The notes under the pieces: model-generated
What the model saw: the letters and a program-made list of their open reading frames with translations, nothing else
Databases searched by the model: none
Told to the model about the DNA's origin: nothing
NCBI RefSeq assembly: GCF_009914755.1
Contig: NC_060926.1
Reading direction: 5' to 3' (one strand)
From: the human T2T-CHM13v2.0 reference genome, Homo sapiens
DNA: 64,000 nucleotides
Shown: in pieces, positions 1 through 14,307 of the stretch
Layout of the letters: every line of letters starts with the position of its first letter
How positions within the stretch are numbered: position 1 is the first letter of the stretch
Program-made: the position numbers and the translations under genes

Positions 1-536
1 GAAAAAAGAGTTAAAAGAACAAGACAGAGAACCCAAGAGCTATGGGACGATATCAACTGATGTAATGCACATGTATTGGAATTCCAGAAGGAAAAAATAG
101 AGAGAAAGGGGCAAAGAAATATTTGAAGAAGCAATTGCTGATAATTTTTCAAAATTAATGACAGATACCAAACCACATAACCAAGAAAATCAGAGAATGC
201 CAAGCAAGATAAATACAACATGAAATAAAATAAAACAAAAAACAAACCAACCAAAATAACAACAACAAAAACCTACTAAAAACCTATGCATCTATGCATG
301 TCGTATTTAAATTTCTCACAGGACAAAAAGAAGATTCTGAAGGCAAGAAGAGAAAAAAAGACACGTTACATACGAGGAAACAAATATAAGAATTACATTT
401 GTTTATATATTGTTATTGAATTATACTATCAGAAGTTATGTAAGCCAGAAGACATCTTTGACATGGTTAAAGAAAAAAAAATCTGTCAACCCAGAATTGT
501 ACATATACATAAAATATCTTTCAAAAATGAAGAAGA

Positions 537-806
537 GGCTGGGCACGGTGGCTCGCGCCTGTAATTCCAGCACTTCGGGAGGCTGAGGTGGGCAGATCAC
601 TTGAGGTCAGGAGTTCGAGACCAGCCTGGCCAACATGGTGAAACCCCATCTCTACTAAAAATACAAAAATCAGCCAGGCGTGTTTGCGCGTGTCTGTATT
701 TTCAGCTACCTGGGAGGCTGAGGCATGAGAATTACTTGAACCCAGGTGGCAGAAGTTGCAGTGAGCCAAGATTGCGCCATTGCATTCCAGCCCCCTGCAA
801 AAAAAG
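537..806 (+). mobile_element. AluS, lacking the last ~25 nt before the A-tail
   Basis: GGCTGGGCACGGTGGCTC start, dimeric body, degenerate TSD aaaatgaagaaga / aaagagaagaaga. Confidence 0.93.
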
Positions 807-1122
807 AGAAGAAGAATAAAGTCTTTTTTTTGGGCAAATAAAAATTGAGAATGGATTGTCAACAGATCTACACTAAAAGAAATGTTAAAGAAAGTCTTGA
901 GGCAAGAAAAAATGTGGTGCAAGACAGAAACTTGGATCTTCACAAAAATTAAGGAAAACTGGAAATAGAATAAATGAAGTTAAAATAATTTTTCCTATTT
1001 TTAATTTTTCTAAAAGAGAACTATCTAGAGCAAAAATAGTAACAATAAATTATATGTTTATAGAATGTATACAAGCAAAATATATGACAAAAATAGCACA
1101 AAAGATGAGAGGGAAAAATTGT

Positions 1123-1420
1123 ATAGATTCCACCTTCCGTATCCTTAGAAAATTGGTTCCAAGACCCTTGGGGATACCAAAATCAACTGATGTTCATGTC
1201 TCTTATATAAAACGGCATAGTATTTGCATATAACCTATGCATATCTTTCTATATGCTTTAAATTATCTGTGGATTATTATAATGAATACATTGTAAATGC
1301 TGTGTAACTTGTTGTTCTACTGTATTTTTTGAATCATTTTTATTGTTATATTGCTATTTTTTATTATTATCAGTTTAAATATTTTCCATTTGTAGTTGGT
1401 TGAATCCAGGGCTGACTGTG
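1123..1420 (+). mobile_element. MER2 (TcMar-Tigger MITE)
   Basis: cttccgtatcc..ttggttccaagaccc..ggataccaaaatc..tatataaaacggcatagtatttgcatataaccta matches the recalled MER2 consensus. Confidence 0.85.
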
Positions 1421-1544
1421 TAATTGTAAGATCTTTATATTACAAGCAAAGTAACATCATATTATTCAAAGATAAACTGTGATTATTAAAGGTGTACACT
1501 GTAAACACTAGGGCAACCACCAAAATTTTGGAAAAACTGTTATG

Positions 1545-2066
1545 TCCTTTCATCTTGGCCACTGACATGCCATCCAGACGGAGGAAGATTTGGAATCTTT
1601 GGGGCCACATGAGTCTCTTGCTGCATCGACAAACACTGAAATTACCTGGGGGGCCAGGATCCTGCTGGGATCATGCATCACCACAAGATCAACTTCCACA
1701 AATAGCACCCAGGTTCCTTTGGGAAAGTTGGTATGCGGCATTACCACTTGAAGAGGAACCAGAGCTTTGCCCGAACGACTGCCCTACTGTAAACTTTGAT
1801 AAATTGTGGACCTTGGTCAGTGAGCAGACATGGGTAAATGCTGCCAAAACCAAGACAGGAATTGGTCCCATCATTGATGTGGTGTGGCCAGGCTTCTACA
1901 AAGTTCCAGGTAAGGGAAAACTGCTAAAGCAGCCTGTCATCATGAAGGTCAAATGCTTCAGCAGAATTGCTGAGGAGAAGATTAGGGGTGTGAGTGTGGT
2001 GGGCCTTGTAGCTTGAAGCCACATGGAAGGAGAGTCATTAAATGCTAACAAATGCTTTTCAAATAA
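1545..2066 (+). pseudogene. RPL27A: Processed pseudogene of ribosomal protein L27a (uL15), full length: 5' pyrimidine (TOP-like) start, CDS 1567-2016, short 3'UTR, A-tail
   Basis: MPSRRRK..GHMS N-terminus; shifted frame gives HHHKINFHK..PGSFGKVGMRHYHLKRNQSF; C-terminus CPTVNFDKLWTLVSEQTWVNAAK..PIIDVV..YKV.GKGKL.KQPVI..FSR.AEEKI..LVA; no introns; ATTAAA 2037-2042; TSD aaaaactgttatg (1532-1544) / aaaaacagatatg (2067-2079). Confidence 0.97.
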
Positions 2067-3245
2067 AAAAACAGATATGAATAATGACTCCATAGTGAAG
2101 ATAAAATGGATAATAAAAAATCCCCAATTAATCTGAGACAGCAGGAAATGAGAAAAAAACCAAAGAATAAATAGAAAACAAGTAGAAACATGATCATTGT
2201 AATCCAAGCATATCAATAATCACATAACATGTGAATAGTTCAAATGCACAAATTTAAAGACAGTGAGTATCAGATTGGATGAAAATGCAAGACTGAAGTT
2301 TATGCTGCTTAAAAGAGACCCATTTCAAATACTAAGGTATGATGGGTTAAATGTAAAAGGTTGAAAATATATATGGTGCAAATATTAACAAAAAAAGCTG
2401 GAATATCAGAAAAAGTAGAATTTGAACAAAAATATTGTCAGAAAGAAAGAGAGACATTACTTAGTGATGAAAGGGTCAAGTCTCCAAGAACACATTGACA
2501 ACCCTAGAGGTGTAGGCACTGAACTAGAGAGCTTCAAAATACATGGAACAAAAATTGCTAGAAATGAAAAGAAAAATAGACAAATCTACAATTATGGTTG
2601 GAGACTTAAAAATCCTCCATCAGGAACTGACAGAACAAGTAGGCAGAAAATCAGTACAGATAATGAAGACCTCCACAACACTTTAAACTGCCTTGACCTA
2701 GCTGACGTTTATAGATCACTCCACCTGATAGCAGAATACATATTTTTTTCCACGTGCACATTGACATTTACCAGGATAGATCACATTTTGGGCTTTAAGA
2801 AAACCTTAACACATTAAAAAAATAGAAATCATACAAAGAGTATGTTCATGTTATAATTAAAGTAGAATTCAATAATAGAAAATATTCTTGAAAATTCTGA
2901 AATATTTAGAAACTAAACATCATATTTCTAAATAACTCATGAGCCAAAGACGACATCTCAAAGGAAGTTTTTAAATGTTTTAAACTGAATTAAAATAAAA
3001 GGATATTTTTCTCAAACGTGTATGATGCAGTTTGGCAATGCTTATTGAGAGTTTTATAGCATGAAATGCTTATATTGGAAAATAAATGTCTCAGATTGAT
3101 CATCAAACCTCCATACTTAGAAACTACAGAAAGAAGAGCAAGTTAAAGCCTAAAACAAGCAGAAGTAGGAAAATAATAGTTATAAGTTAAAATCAATAAA
3201 ATTGAAAACAGAAAAACAATAGAGAAAACAAAACACAAAAGCTGG

Positions 3246-3614
3246 TGATATGGCTTGGCTCTGTGTTCCCACCCAAATCTCATGTTGAATTGTAATCTTC
3301 AGTGTTGGAAGAGGAGCCTGGTGGGAGGTGACTGAATCATGGGGGCAAACTTCCCCCTTGCTATCCTCGTGATGGGGTTCTCATGAGATCTGGTTTTTTG
3401 AAAGTGTGTAGCACTTCCCTCTTTGCTCTCTCTCTCTTCTGCCAGCAATGCGAAGATGTGCTCGCTTCCTACTTTGCCTTCTGCCATGATTGTAAGTTTC
3501 CTGAGGTCTCCCCAGCCATGCTTTCTCTACAGCCTGTGGAACTGTGAGTCAATTAAACCTCTTTTCTTTATAAACTACCCAGTCTCAGGTTGTTCTTTAT
3601 AATGGACTAATACA
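3246..3614 (+). mobile_element. MSTA solo LTR (ERVL-MaLR)
   Basis: TGATATGG..CCCACCCAAATCTCATGTTGAATTGTAATC start, ..GGACTAATACA end, perfect 5-bp TSD GCTGG. Confidence 0.92.
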
Positions 3615-4519
3615 GCTGGTTCTTTGAAAAGATAAATAGCACTGATTCTGAGATGCAGAGAAAACAGAAATTATCAACATCAGGAATGAAAGAGGGCACA
3701 TTACTATAGACATTAAAAGGTACTAACACTATATGAACAACACTGTGTCTATAACCTCTACAAGTTAGATGAAGAGGAGTAATTTCTTGAAAGACACAAA
3801 CCTCAGGAAGAAATACATAATCGAGTGAAAAAGAAATATAATTTGAATTATATTTCACTATCTCTTAAAAGATTGAATTTGTATTTAAAAACCTTCCAAC
3901 AAATACAATCCCAGGCCCAGATGGTTTCCCTGGTGAATTCTACCACCCTTTAAGGAAAAAAATACTGTCAGTTCTAACACAACCCTTTCCAGAAAATAGA
4001 AGTATACTTCCCAACTAGTTTTATGAGACCAGTATTTACCCTAATTACAAAACCAGGCAAAAACATTATAGGAAAACTAGGGACAAATATCCCTCATTAT
4101 CATAGATGCAACAATCCTTCACAAAATATTAGCAATTTGAATCCAGCAATATATAGAAATACTACATCACGGTCAAAGCAGGGTTTATCCCAGGAATACA
4201 AGGCTGATTCAGCCATTCAAAATTGATCAATATTATTCACCATGTTAACAGACTAAAAGAAATGCATTAATCATCTCAATGAATGCAGGAAAAGGATTTG
4301 ATGAAATTCAACTCAATTCAGTTCAAAATTCAATTAATGAGTGAATTCAATTTATTCATTCATGATAAAAATAAAACTCTGCAAAAGCTAAAAATAGAAG
4401 ATAATTCCCTTAACCTGAGAAAGGATATCTATGAAGCACAAACATGTAGCTAACCCTATGCTAAACAGTGAAAGGTTGAATGACTTATTTCTCCACCTCC
4501 CAGAATTTGATCACAATCT

Positions 4520-6035
4520 GTCATTGTTTGATGTATTATAGTTTATCTATTCATAGATTGAAGGACATCTGGATTACTTCAGAGATTGGTAATTATGAAT
4601 AAAACTGTTATGACAATTCATATATTGCAGGTTTTTGTGTAAACATACATTTTTGTTTTTCCTAGGTAAATACCTAGAAATGGGATTGCTGGGTCACATG
4701 GTAAGTATGTGTTTAATCTCATAAAAAACTGATAATATATTTTCTACAATGATTTAACTATTTTGCATTATATCAGCAAGATAAGAGAGCACCAGTTTCA
4801 GTTCCTATATCTTTGCCAACTCTTCAGATTGTTGGTGAATTTCTCTAATAGATAGATATGTTTCTGTCTAGTAGACATGTCTGGTATCTTATTGTGGTTT
4901 AAATTTGCACTTCCCAAATGACTAATACTGTTGAGGATGTTTTCATATGCTTGTCACCTGTATATCTTCTTCGTTAAAGAGTCTATTCACATTTTTTGCC
5001 CAATTTTTAAAAACTGAATTATTTTATTTCTTATTGCTGAATTTTAGGAACTCTTTATATAGTCTTAGTGGATGAAAGTCCTCTGTCAGAAATGTGATTT
5101 GAAAATATTTTCTTTTAGTTTGTGTCTTGTTTCATTCTCTATTGTATCTTTCGCAGAGCAAAAGTTTCACATTTTAATAAAGTCTAATTTATCAGTGTTT
5201 TCTTTTATGAGTCATAGTTTGAAGTTGCATATAAAAACTCTTCACCTAAATCAAGGTCATGAAAATTTTCTACTATGCTTTCTTATAGAAGGTTTATAGT
5301 TTTAGCATTTTTTTTCCAGTCTGTTTTGAGTTAATTTATGCATAAGGTGTGAAGTATGGATTGAGATTTATGTTTTTGTATAGGATTGTTCAATTATTCC
5401 AGTGTCATTTATTGAAAAGACTGTCATTTCTCCATGGAATTGCCTTTTCCAGCCTTGTCACAAATCATTTGTCTACTTTTGTGTGCACCTCTGTTGTGTT
5501 CTGTTGATTTGTCTGTCCTTTCACCAATGCCACACTGTCTTGACTGCTGAAGCTTTACAGCAAACTTGTCCAACCCACAGCCCGCAGGCCACATGCGGCC
5601 CAAGATGGCTTTGAATTCAGCCCAGTACAAATCCATAAACTCTCTTAAAATATGAGAATGAGATTTTTGCATGAACTTTTTTTCTTTTTAGCTCATCAGC
5701 TATCATTAGTGTTAGTGTATTTTCTGTGTGGCCCAAGACAGTTCTTCTTCTTCCAATATGGCCCAGGGAAACCAAAAGATTCGATACCCCTGCTTTAGAG
5801 TAAATCTTGGAATCGTGTAGGGTGAGTCCTCTGATCATTTGTTTCTCCTTTTCAAAAAATTGTTTCTGGCTATTTTATTTGCCTTATGTATATTTTAGAA
5901 TCAGGTTATTTATATCTGTAAAACAGCCTGCTGGAAGATTGACTGGGACTGTGTTGAACCTATAGACTAATTTGGGAAGAATTGACATTTTAATAATATT
6001 GAATCTTCCAATCCATGAACACAATGTATTTCTTT
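4520..6035 (-). mobile_element. Old L1 (L1M-type) ORF2 C-terminal region, antisense
   Basis: Reverse strand shows ..CSWIGR.NI.KMSILPKL.YRFN.. near 6030-5950 and the PAIP.LGIY-type motif near 4690. Confidence 0.85.
5561..5792 (+). mobile_element. MER30 (hAT-Charlie MITE) inserted in L1
   Basis: ttgtccaaccc..ggccacatgcggccc..gcccagggaaaccaaaagatt..cccctg; 8-bp TSD ctttacag / ctttagag. Confidence 0.9.
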
Positions 6036-6439
6036 TTGGACAGTATTAGTAGCCTCTGTAGCATCTGTTGGTTAAAACATAGGTGAGCGACATAGCTTTC
6101 TCCTTTTTAACCTCTCTATCCTGTTTATGCTACAATGTCATCAAGTCTCAGAACAAATTTTACTACATGAACAATAATTATCAAGTAGGCCCAAGAACAC
6201 ACTAACACGGTTTTTGAGTCTACTGTGGTAGGCTCTCTAATATATATTACAACTTTCTCTGCTGGTTTAAGATGAAGATAATTGAAGGTTCCTGGTAGCC
6301 TCCAGGATGAGGGTTTTGATTTGACTCTTTCAGCTGCTAATTAACCATCCCTTTTGAAGCGTGTAGGCCTGATTAGGGTGGTGATCCACATACAGCATCT
6401 TCCAGCATACATGAATGATTGTTTAGATGGCAGAGTTGT

Positions 6440-7800
<1,361 letters not shown>

Positions 7801-8716
7801 TACCGCATTCTTGCCTCTTTCAGGCCTGGCAAGGTCACCGCTTCCTACAGTTCCTAGCCCCTGGGTGCTTTCTGCTGAGTTCCCTCCTTCTGCCCAGCTC
7901 CCACCTCTGCCGATAGCCCCTTTAGTAAACTCCTTTCAGCAAAACTCCTTGAAGGTTATTAAGAAGATGGAATAGGAAAAGGATTGCAAAGTCACCTGGG
8001 CGGTGTGGAGCCCCACGTGGGTATGGCATTGCTTTATGATCTGTTTACTGAATTACAGTTCCTAGTCTGTGAGGGGCCTCCAGGTAACTCTTGAAAAACC
8101 TAAAGTTCCCGAAGGGCTCTATTAATCTCCAGCCCCACACCCCACCCCATTTTTTAAATTACTCCGCATTCGGTGCTATTTTAATCACCTCACGCTACTT
8201 TAGGTGGTATAAAATCAGAATATTAACCAAATTGAAATGTCTGAGAATAGAAATAAGGGATGTAATTCCAAATTTCTCCCTGGTAATGGCCTCTCATTGA
8301 TATTTCTCCTACTGCAGGCTTCCTTTTAAGACTCATGGCTTCAACTCCCAGCCTCCTGTAGTTTTTCTTTTATCCTGTTTTAAAATACAAGATAAATGTT
8401 GCCTGAGGTCTCGTGTTTTCTTGCAGGGTCATATTTGATCTACTGTACATAGTTGTATATTCTTACTAATGGAACACTGAAATATTTGTATCAGCAGGGT
8501 CCTGCCAGGTGACTTCTCTTAGAAAATGCTGCCTTTGTTGTTTTTGATAAAAATGATTGGCCTGTCTGCACCGAATTCATTGGGACTGCACTTTTTCTAC
8601 AGCTAACCATTTCAAAGAAAAAGAAATGATAAATTCATACTTGTAACAGTTAAGTCAAGGCTACCAGTATTGCTTGTAAACCAAATAAATCAAGTCACTT
8701 TAAAAGAGCACTTCAT

Positions 8717-9024
<308 letters not shown>

Positions 9025-9098
9025 TTATTTATTTAAATAACTTCCAACAATCAAAACATTAAAATGCAAAGAAATTTGAGTAAAATGCAAAGAAATTT

Positions 9099-9334
9099 GA
9101 GTGCAATCTCGGCTCACTGCAACCTCTGCTTCCCAGGTTCAAGCAGTTCTCTGCCCCTCCCAAGTAGCTGGGACTACAGGCATGCGCCACCACGCCCAGC
9201 TAATTTTTGTATTTTTAGTAGAGATGGGTTTTCACCATGTTGGCCAGGATGGTCTCGATCTCTTGACCTTGTGGTCTGCCTGCCTTGGCCTCCCAAAGTG
9301 CTGGGATTACAGGCGTGAGCCACCACACTCAGCC
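9099..9334 (-). mobile_element. Alu lacking its 3' end and tail
   Basis: Reverse Alu begins abruptly at gtgcaatctcggctcactgc, with no poly-T. Confidence 0.92.
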
Positions 9335-9345
9335 AAGTTTACCTT

Positions 9346-9570
9346 TTAACATGGACACAGGGAGGGGAACATCACACACCACACTGGGGCCTGTCGGGGG
9401 CGGGGGGCGAGGGGAGGGATAGCATTAGAAGAAATACCTAATGTAGATGACGGGTTGATGGGTGCAGCAAACCACCATGGCACGTGTATACCTATGTAAC
9501 AAACCTGCACCTTCTGCATATGTATCCCACAACTTAAAGTATAATAAAAAAAAAAAGAAAAAGAAAATAA
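9346..9570 (+). mobile_element. L1PA (about L1PA7-8) 3' end with G-rich tract and A-tail
   Basis: ggacacagggaggggaacatcacac..gggatagcattag..tgggtgcagcaaaccaccatggcacgtgtatacctatgtaacaaacctgcac..acttaaagtataataaaaa. Confidence 0.93.
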
Positions 9571-10039
9571 CTGGAAATCTCTAATTTAGTTGTCAACAGG
9601 TAATTGTTATTAACGGTAACATTATCATGTGTGTCAATTTGTTCAGTTAATCACTAAGCCACCCTATAATCCTAATGCATTTTTAAGGACAAAGCGATTC
9701 ATCTTAAAATTGATTACTAGTTAATGACATCTATAATTAGGGGCTGGGGTGAGAAGAAACATTCTTATTCTCTAAAGCCTCAGGCAGTAAAACAAGAGCC
9801 TTAGCTTGAAAGGCCTTTAGTTTTCTGGGGAAAAGGTGTTCAAGGCTGCTGCTTTTTGAATGGGTGTGCAGTTTTCTGCTATTGAACCCATGAGTCTTTT
9901 TACTGTGGGGGCCTCTTGAGTTTCGTTGGATTCTGGTTCATTCCATATGAAACAATAGCATTCTTGGTAACATTTGGCAATAACCAAGTCTTGGGAGAAA
10001 TTTAGTTTAAAAAACGCTTCAGGGTGGGTTTTACAGGAC

Positions 10040-10254
10040 AGTGGCTCTCTACCAGGGACAATGTTGCCCCTCCCCAGGGGATATTTGGCAAGAACTAGAC
10101 ATGTTTTTGATCACCAGGATGCAAAAGGGGGTGCTCCTGGCTCGTGGGTAGACACCAGGGATGCCACTCAACATTCTACAATGCATAGGACACCCCCCAC
10201 AACAAAGAACAATCTGGTCCAAAATGTCAATAGTGCTGCCGCAGAGAAACTCTG
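10040..10254 (+). mobile_element. MER20 (hAT-Charlie)
   Basis: cagtggctctc..ttgccccc..atttggcaa..cagggatgc..ctacaatgcataggaca..caacaaagaa..caaaatgtcaatagtgc..gagaaactctg. Confidence 0.9.
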
Positions 10255-10438
10255 GTAGAGGATGCTGAGAATGATGGGGGCTCTTTGCTTTCCTCAAAGA
10301 TGGCGTGGGCCTCATGGATCAATTCTGTGGTAGAAAGGGAACTACAAATGAACGACAGCTGACGTGTGGGAGCATCGGATCTTATTGGCCTCTCAGGGTC
10401 TCTCCTCAAAGCAGGCCGCACTCAGAGATTCTTACTGA

Positions 10439-10765
<327 letters not shown>

Positions 10766-10800
10766 TAGATTCCTGTTTTAGTAAAACTCAATTGTTTAGG

Positions 10801-10879
10801 CTTTTTCTTTTAACTTGTTTGAAAAGGTCAATATATATATGTACTTTGTTTAACTTTTCAAACAAGTTAAAAGAAAAAG
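10801..10879. repeat. Perfect inverted repeat: 26-bp arms, 27-nt spacer
   Basis: ctttttcttttaacttgtttgaaaag (10801-10826) is the exact reverse complement of cttttcaaacaagttaaaagaaaaag (10854-10879). Confidence 0.97.
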
Positions 10880-10885
10880 ATTTTT

Positions 10886-10927
10886 TATATATATATATAT
10901 GTATGTATATATATATATATGTATGTA

Positions 10928-10967
<40 letters not shown>
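10886..10967. repeat. Compound (TA)n/(TATG)n/(TG)n microsatellite
   Basis: Read directly from the sequence. Confidence 0.97.
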
Positions 10968-10971
<4 letters not shown>

Positions 10972-11806
10972 AGCTGACTAAAGCCAAGGAAGTATTTCCT
11001 TTGGGATTTCTACAAATTTTCCTTTCTTCCCTCTTTTTTAAAAAAAATTCCACATGGACCATCAATGTTCACCATTGTCCATTGTGTTATAGATACAAAG
11101 AAAACAGGCTGATAGGTGGGAAACCTTTCCAAATGCAACCACAATAACCCTCCAAAGGAAAATGGCCCTTCAGCCATTTAAAATGTTTCTGAGAACTGAA
11201 CAAAGTGAACTGCACTGTATAATGAATTTGAGCTTCTAATTGGCTAAACCTCTTTTTGTTTAGGAGAGAGAAATGAAGAGGGCTATGTCATGCCCAGGGT
11301 GGAGCCAAGCTTGAGTCAAGCAAAGGGAGGTTTGATTTCGAATTATCTTGGTTGCACCACTTCCCTCTGGGGCTTTCAAAGCACTGCATCAGAGAGATGA
11401 AAATCGATAAGTGAACATTTCTATAGCACTTTTGGTTTTTTGGAGGAAGTGTCATGGAGATGGAAGCAGTATCATTGTTCACATTAGACTCAGTACAGTC
11501 ATATAACAGAGAGGAACACACTGAGCAGAGTGCTTTGTGATGACTTCATCTTTTTCTGATCTAATAGCCGTTAGCAGCTAACATAGGTCCATATGGAGAG
11601 CCTGCCACATAGCTCATATTACCAGCCTAATGATTTTGTTGGGTTCCTTTTATTTATTTTTTGTCATTGTCAGTATTCAATATAACTTACTTTTGAAAGT
11701 CTAACCAAAAATATAGGCAAGTGAATTTTAAAAATGTATATAATGAGCCCTCAATAAAATCCTAGTAAATTGTCAATTTTATTTTCAGGATATGTTTCAC
11801 TGGTAA

Positions 11807-12115
<309 letters not shown>

Positions 12116-12872
12116 TAATATCTTAAAACAAGTTATTGGCATGTAAAAATGTTTGAAAGTGCAAAGATAGATATAAACTCAAAATAGTAGAATATTTCTA
12201 TGAAATCTTTTAACATTTCATCTTATTTAGCGCTTAACATATTAATTATTGAGCATTTGTTAAACACTGTGTTTTATATGGAAGTGATCAAAACAGACCA
12301 TCAGATTGAAACACAGTTGAAACCTAACAAAGATAAGAAAAGTATATATTGATCAGAGATAAGAGAAGATAGAGAAATATTTATATGGAGAAATTTTATA
12401 GCAAGTGATATATCTATTTGGAATACAGCAATTGTATTGGTGGGATTCTCCTCTGAATAAAAAGATTTCAATGTGAAGAGAAAAGAAATTGTACAGATTG
12501 CCTCCAAAGGGCACTGGGGCTTTGGTCAAAAATAACAACTTCACAACAGAGGAGCAAAGTAAAAAGCTCATGTTCTACCAGGCAGGAGATGGGGGCTGTA
12601 CATTGGGTCGCAGGTGATGTTAGGCCAAAGAAGATGGTGTTCTGCCCTGGCTCCTGCTGAGGTCAGGGTCATAGGCATGCATCAGCAGGGCCACTTAGGA
12701 AGCAGGTCTTTGTACAAGCCACAGGAGCCAGGAACAAAGTCAGGGGAAGGCAACACTTTCCTCAAGAAACTATGGATATTCATCACACTGTTCAAGGAAT
12801 GGGTATGAGCAAGTTTATAAATGCATCAACAGAGACTCTCGTGATCCTAGCTAAGGTCAGGGTGAAATTTCT

Positions 12873-12974
12873 GTTTTTTTTTTTTTTTTTTTTTTTTTTT
12901 TGAGATGGGGTCTCGCACTGTTGCCCAGGTTGGAGTGCAGTGGCGCAATCTCCGCTCATTGCAAGCTCCACTTC
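12873..12974 (-). mobile_element. Severely 5'-truncated AluY-like element (3' ~73 nt plus poly-A)
   Basis: Long pure T tract, gcaagctcc (AluY-type) motif, perfect 19-bp TSD aggtcagggtgaaatttct (12854-12872 / 12975-12993). Confidence 0.93.
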
Positions 12975-13209
12975 AGGTCAGGGTGAAATTTCTTTCGAGA
13001 CTAGAAGTTTGGATATTAGGGATGTATCCTTTGATATAATTCTTTCTTTTTTTGTCCGTCAAGGGACCTATTGTATCAGGTCTCTGATCTTCCCTCACTT
13101 AATTAAGCATTTCTTACTTCTACATACATATTGACCTGAAAGTTAATATAAGTTGAACTCTGCAGTCCTTCAACATCGAGCTGCAGGGCCAAAGCACAGG
13201 CTTCCTATG

Positions 13210-13710
13210 AAGGGAGGATTGCATCTGAATTCTGAATTTGCCACTTGATCGTTGTGTGTCCTCGGGCAAATTACTTGCCATTCCCAAGCCTTACTAATTT
13301 TCTCATTTTTGTTACAATATTGTTAGGATTAGAGGACATGGATTTTTTTTTTTTTTTTTTTAAGACAGGGTCTCACTGCGATGCCTAGGCTGGAGTGCAA
13401 TGGTGCGATCTTGGCTCACTGCAACTTCCGCCCCGGGTTCAAGTGATTCTCCTGCCTCAGCCTCCTGAGTAGCTGGGATTACAGGCACCTGCCACCATGT
13501 CCAGCTAACTTTTATATTTTTAGTAGAGATAGGGTTTCACCATGTTGGTCAAGCTGGTCTCTAACTCCTGACCTTGGGTGATCCACCTGCCTCAGCCTCA
13601 CAAAGTGCTGGGATTACAGGCGTGAGCCACCGCGCCCAGCTGGGGACATGGATTTTTAATATGACGAACAGGGTGCCTGGAATATAGTAGGAGCTTACAA
13701 GATGTTAGCG
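13210..13710 (+). mobile_element. MIR fragment split by an Alu
   Basis: gccacttg..tgtgtgtcctcgggcaaattactt core; gtgcctggaatatagtagg tail after the Alu. Confidence 0.65.
13343..13641 (-). mobile_element. AluS
   Basis: Reverse dimer; TSD ggacatggattttt. Confidence 0.95.
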
Positions 13711-13949
13711 CTAACTAATTTGGGACACACTGGTCACCTATCAGGTTAAAAGAATCAAACACATTTTGGAGTGTCTAACCCATCCAGGACTCCAAGAAGG
13801 ACTTGGCATCAGGGATGAAACTTAGCAGTGAAAGCAGCAGAATGTTTTCAAGAAACCTCACCATCAAGCTCCCAGGCACCTCAGTGTTTGCTGAATTGAT
13901 TCCAAATGCTTATTTAGGGGAGGTAGCCAAAAGAACTCTAGAGTCTTAA

Positions 13950-14307
<358 letters not shown>

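Larger units (their letters stand above)
1..4490 (+). mobile_element. Old L1 (L1M-type), degraded: ORF1 C-terminal half, inter-ORF spacer, and ORF2 endonuclease to mid-RT; interrupted by an Alu, MER2, the RPL27A retrocopy and MSTA
   Basis: ORF1-like remnants (GIPEG..EIFEE, KKICQPRI..KISFKNE); ORF2 EN start near 2210 (ISIIT.NVN-like); FFST..TFTRIDHILG at ~2750-2800; PGPDGFPGEFY at ~3911; AGKGFD (KAFD) at ~4285; many stops and frameshifts. Confidence 0.9.

Noticed and set aside
2422-2817. 131-aa ORF with endonuclease-like motifs
   Set aside because: Fragment of a degraded L1 ORF2 with surrounding stops and frameshifts
4490-6035. Twin-priming L1 inversion
   Set aside because: The blocks are convergent, whereas twin priming gives a divergent junction
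9390-9420. G-quadruplex-like tract
   Set aside because: Standard L1PA 3'UTR G-rich tract, not specific to this locus
10801-10879. MADE1/miR-548-type MITE as the source of the hairpin
   Set aside because: The size is similar, but it lacks the TTAGGTTGGTGCAAAAGTAATTG terminal sequence
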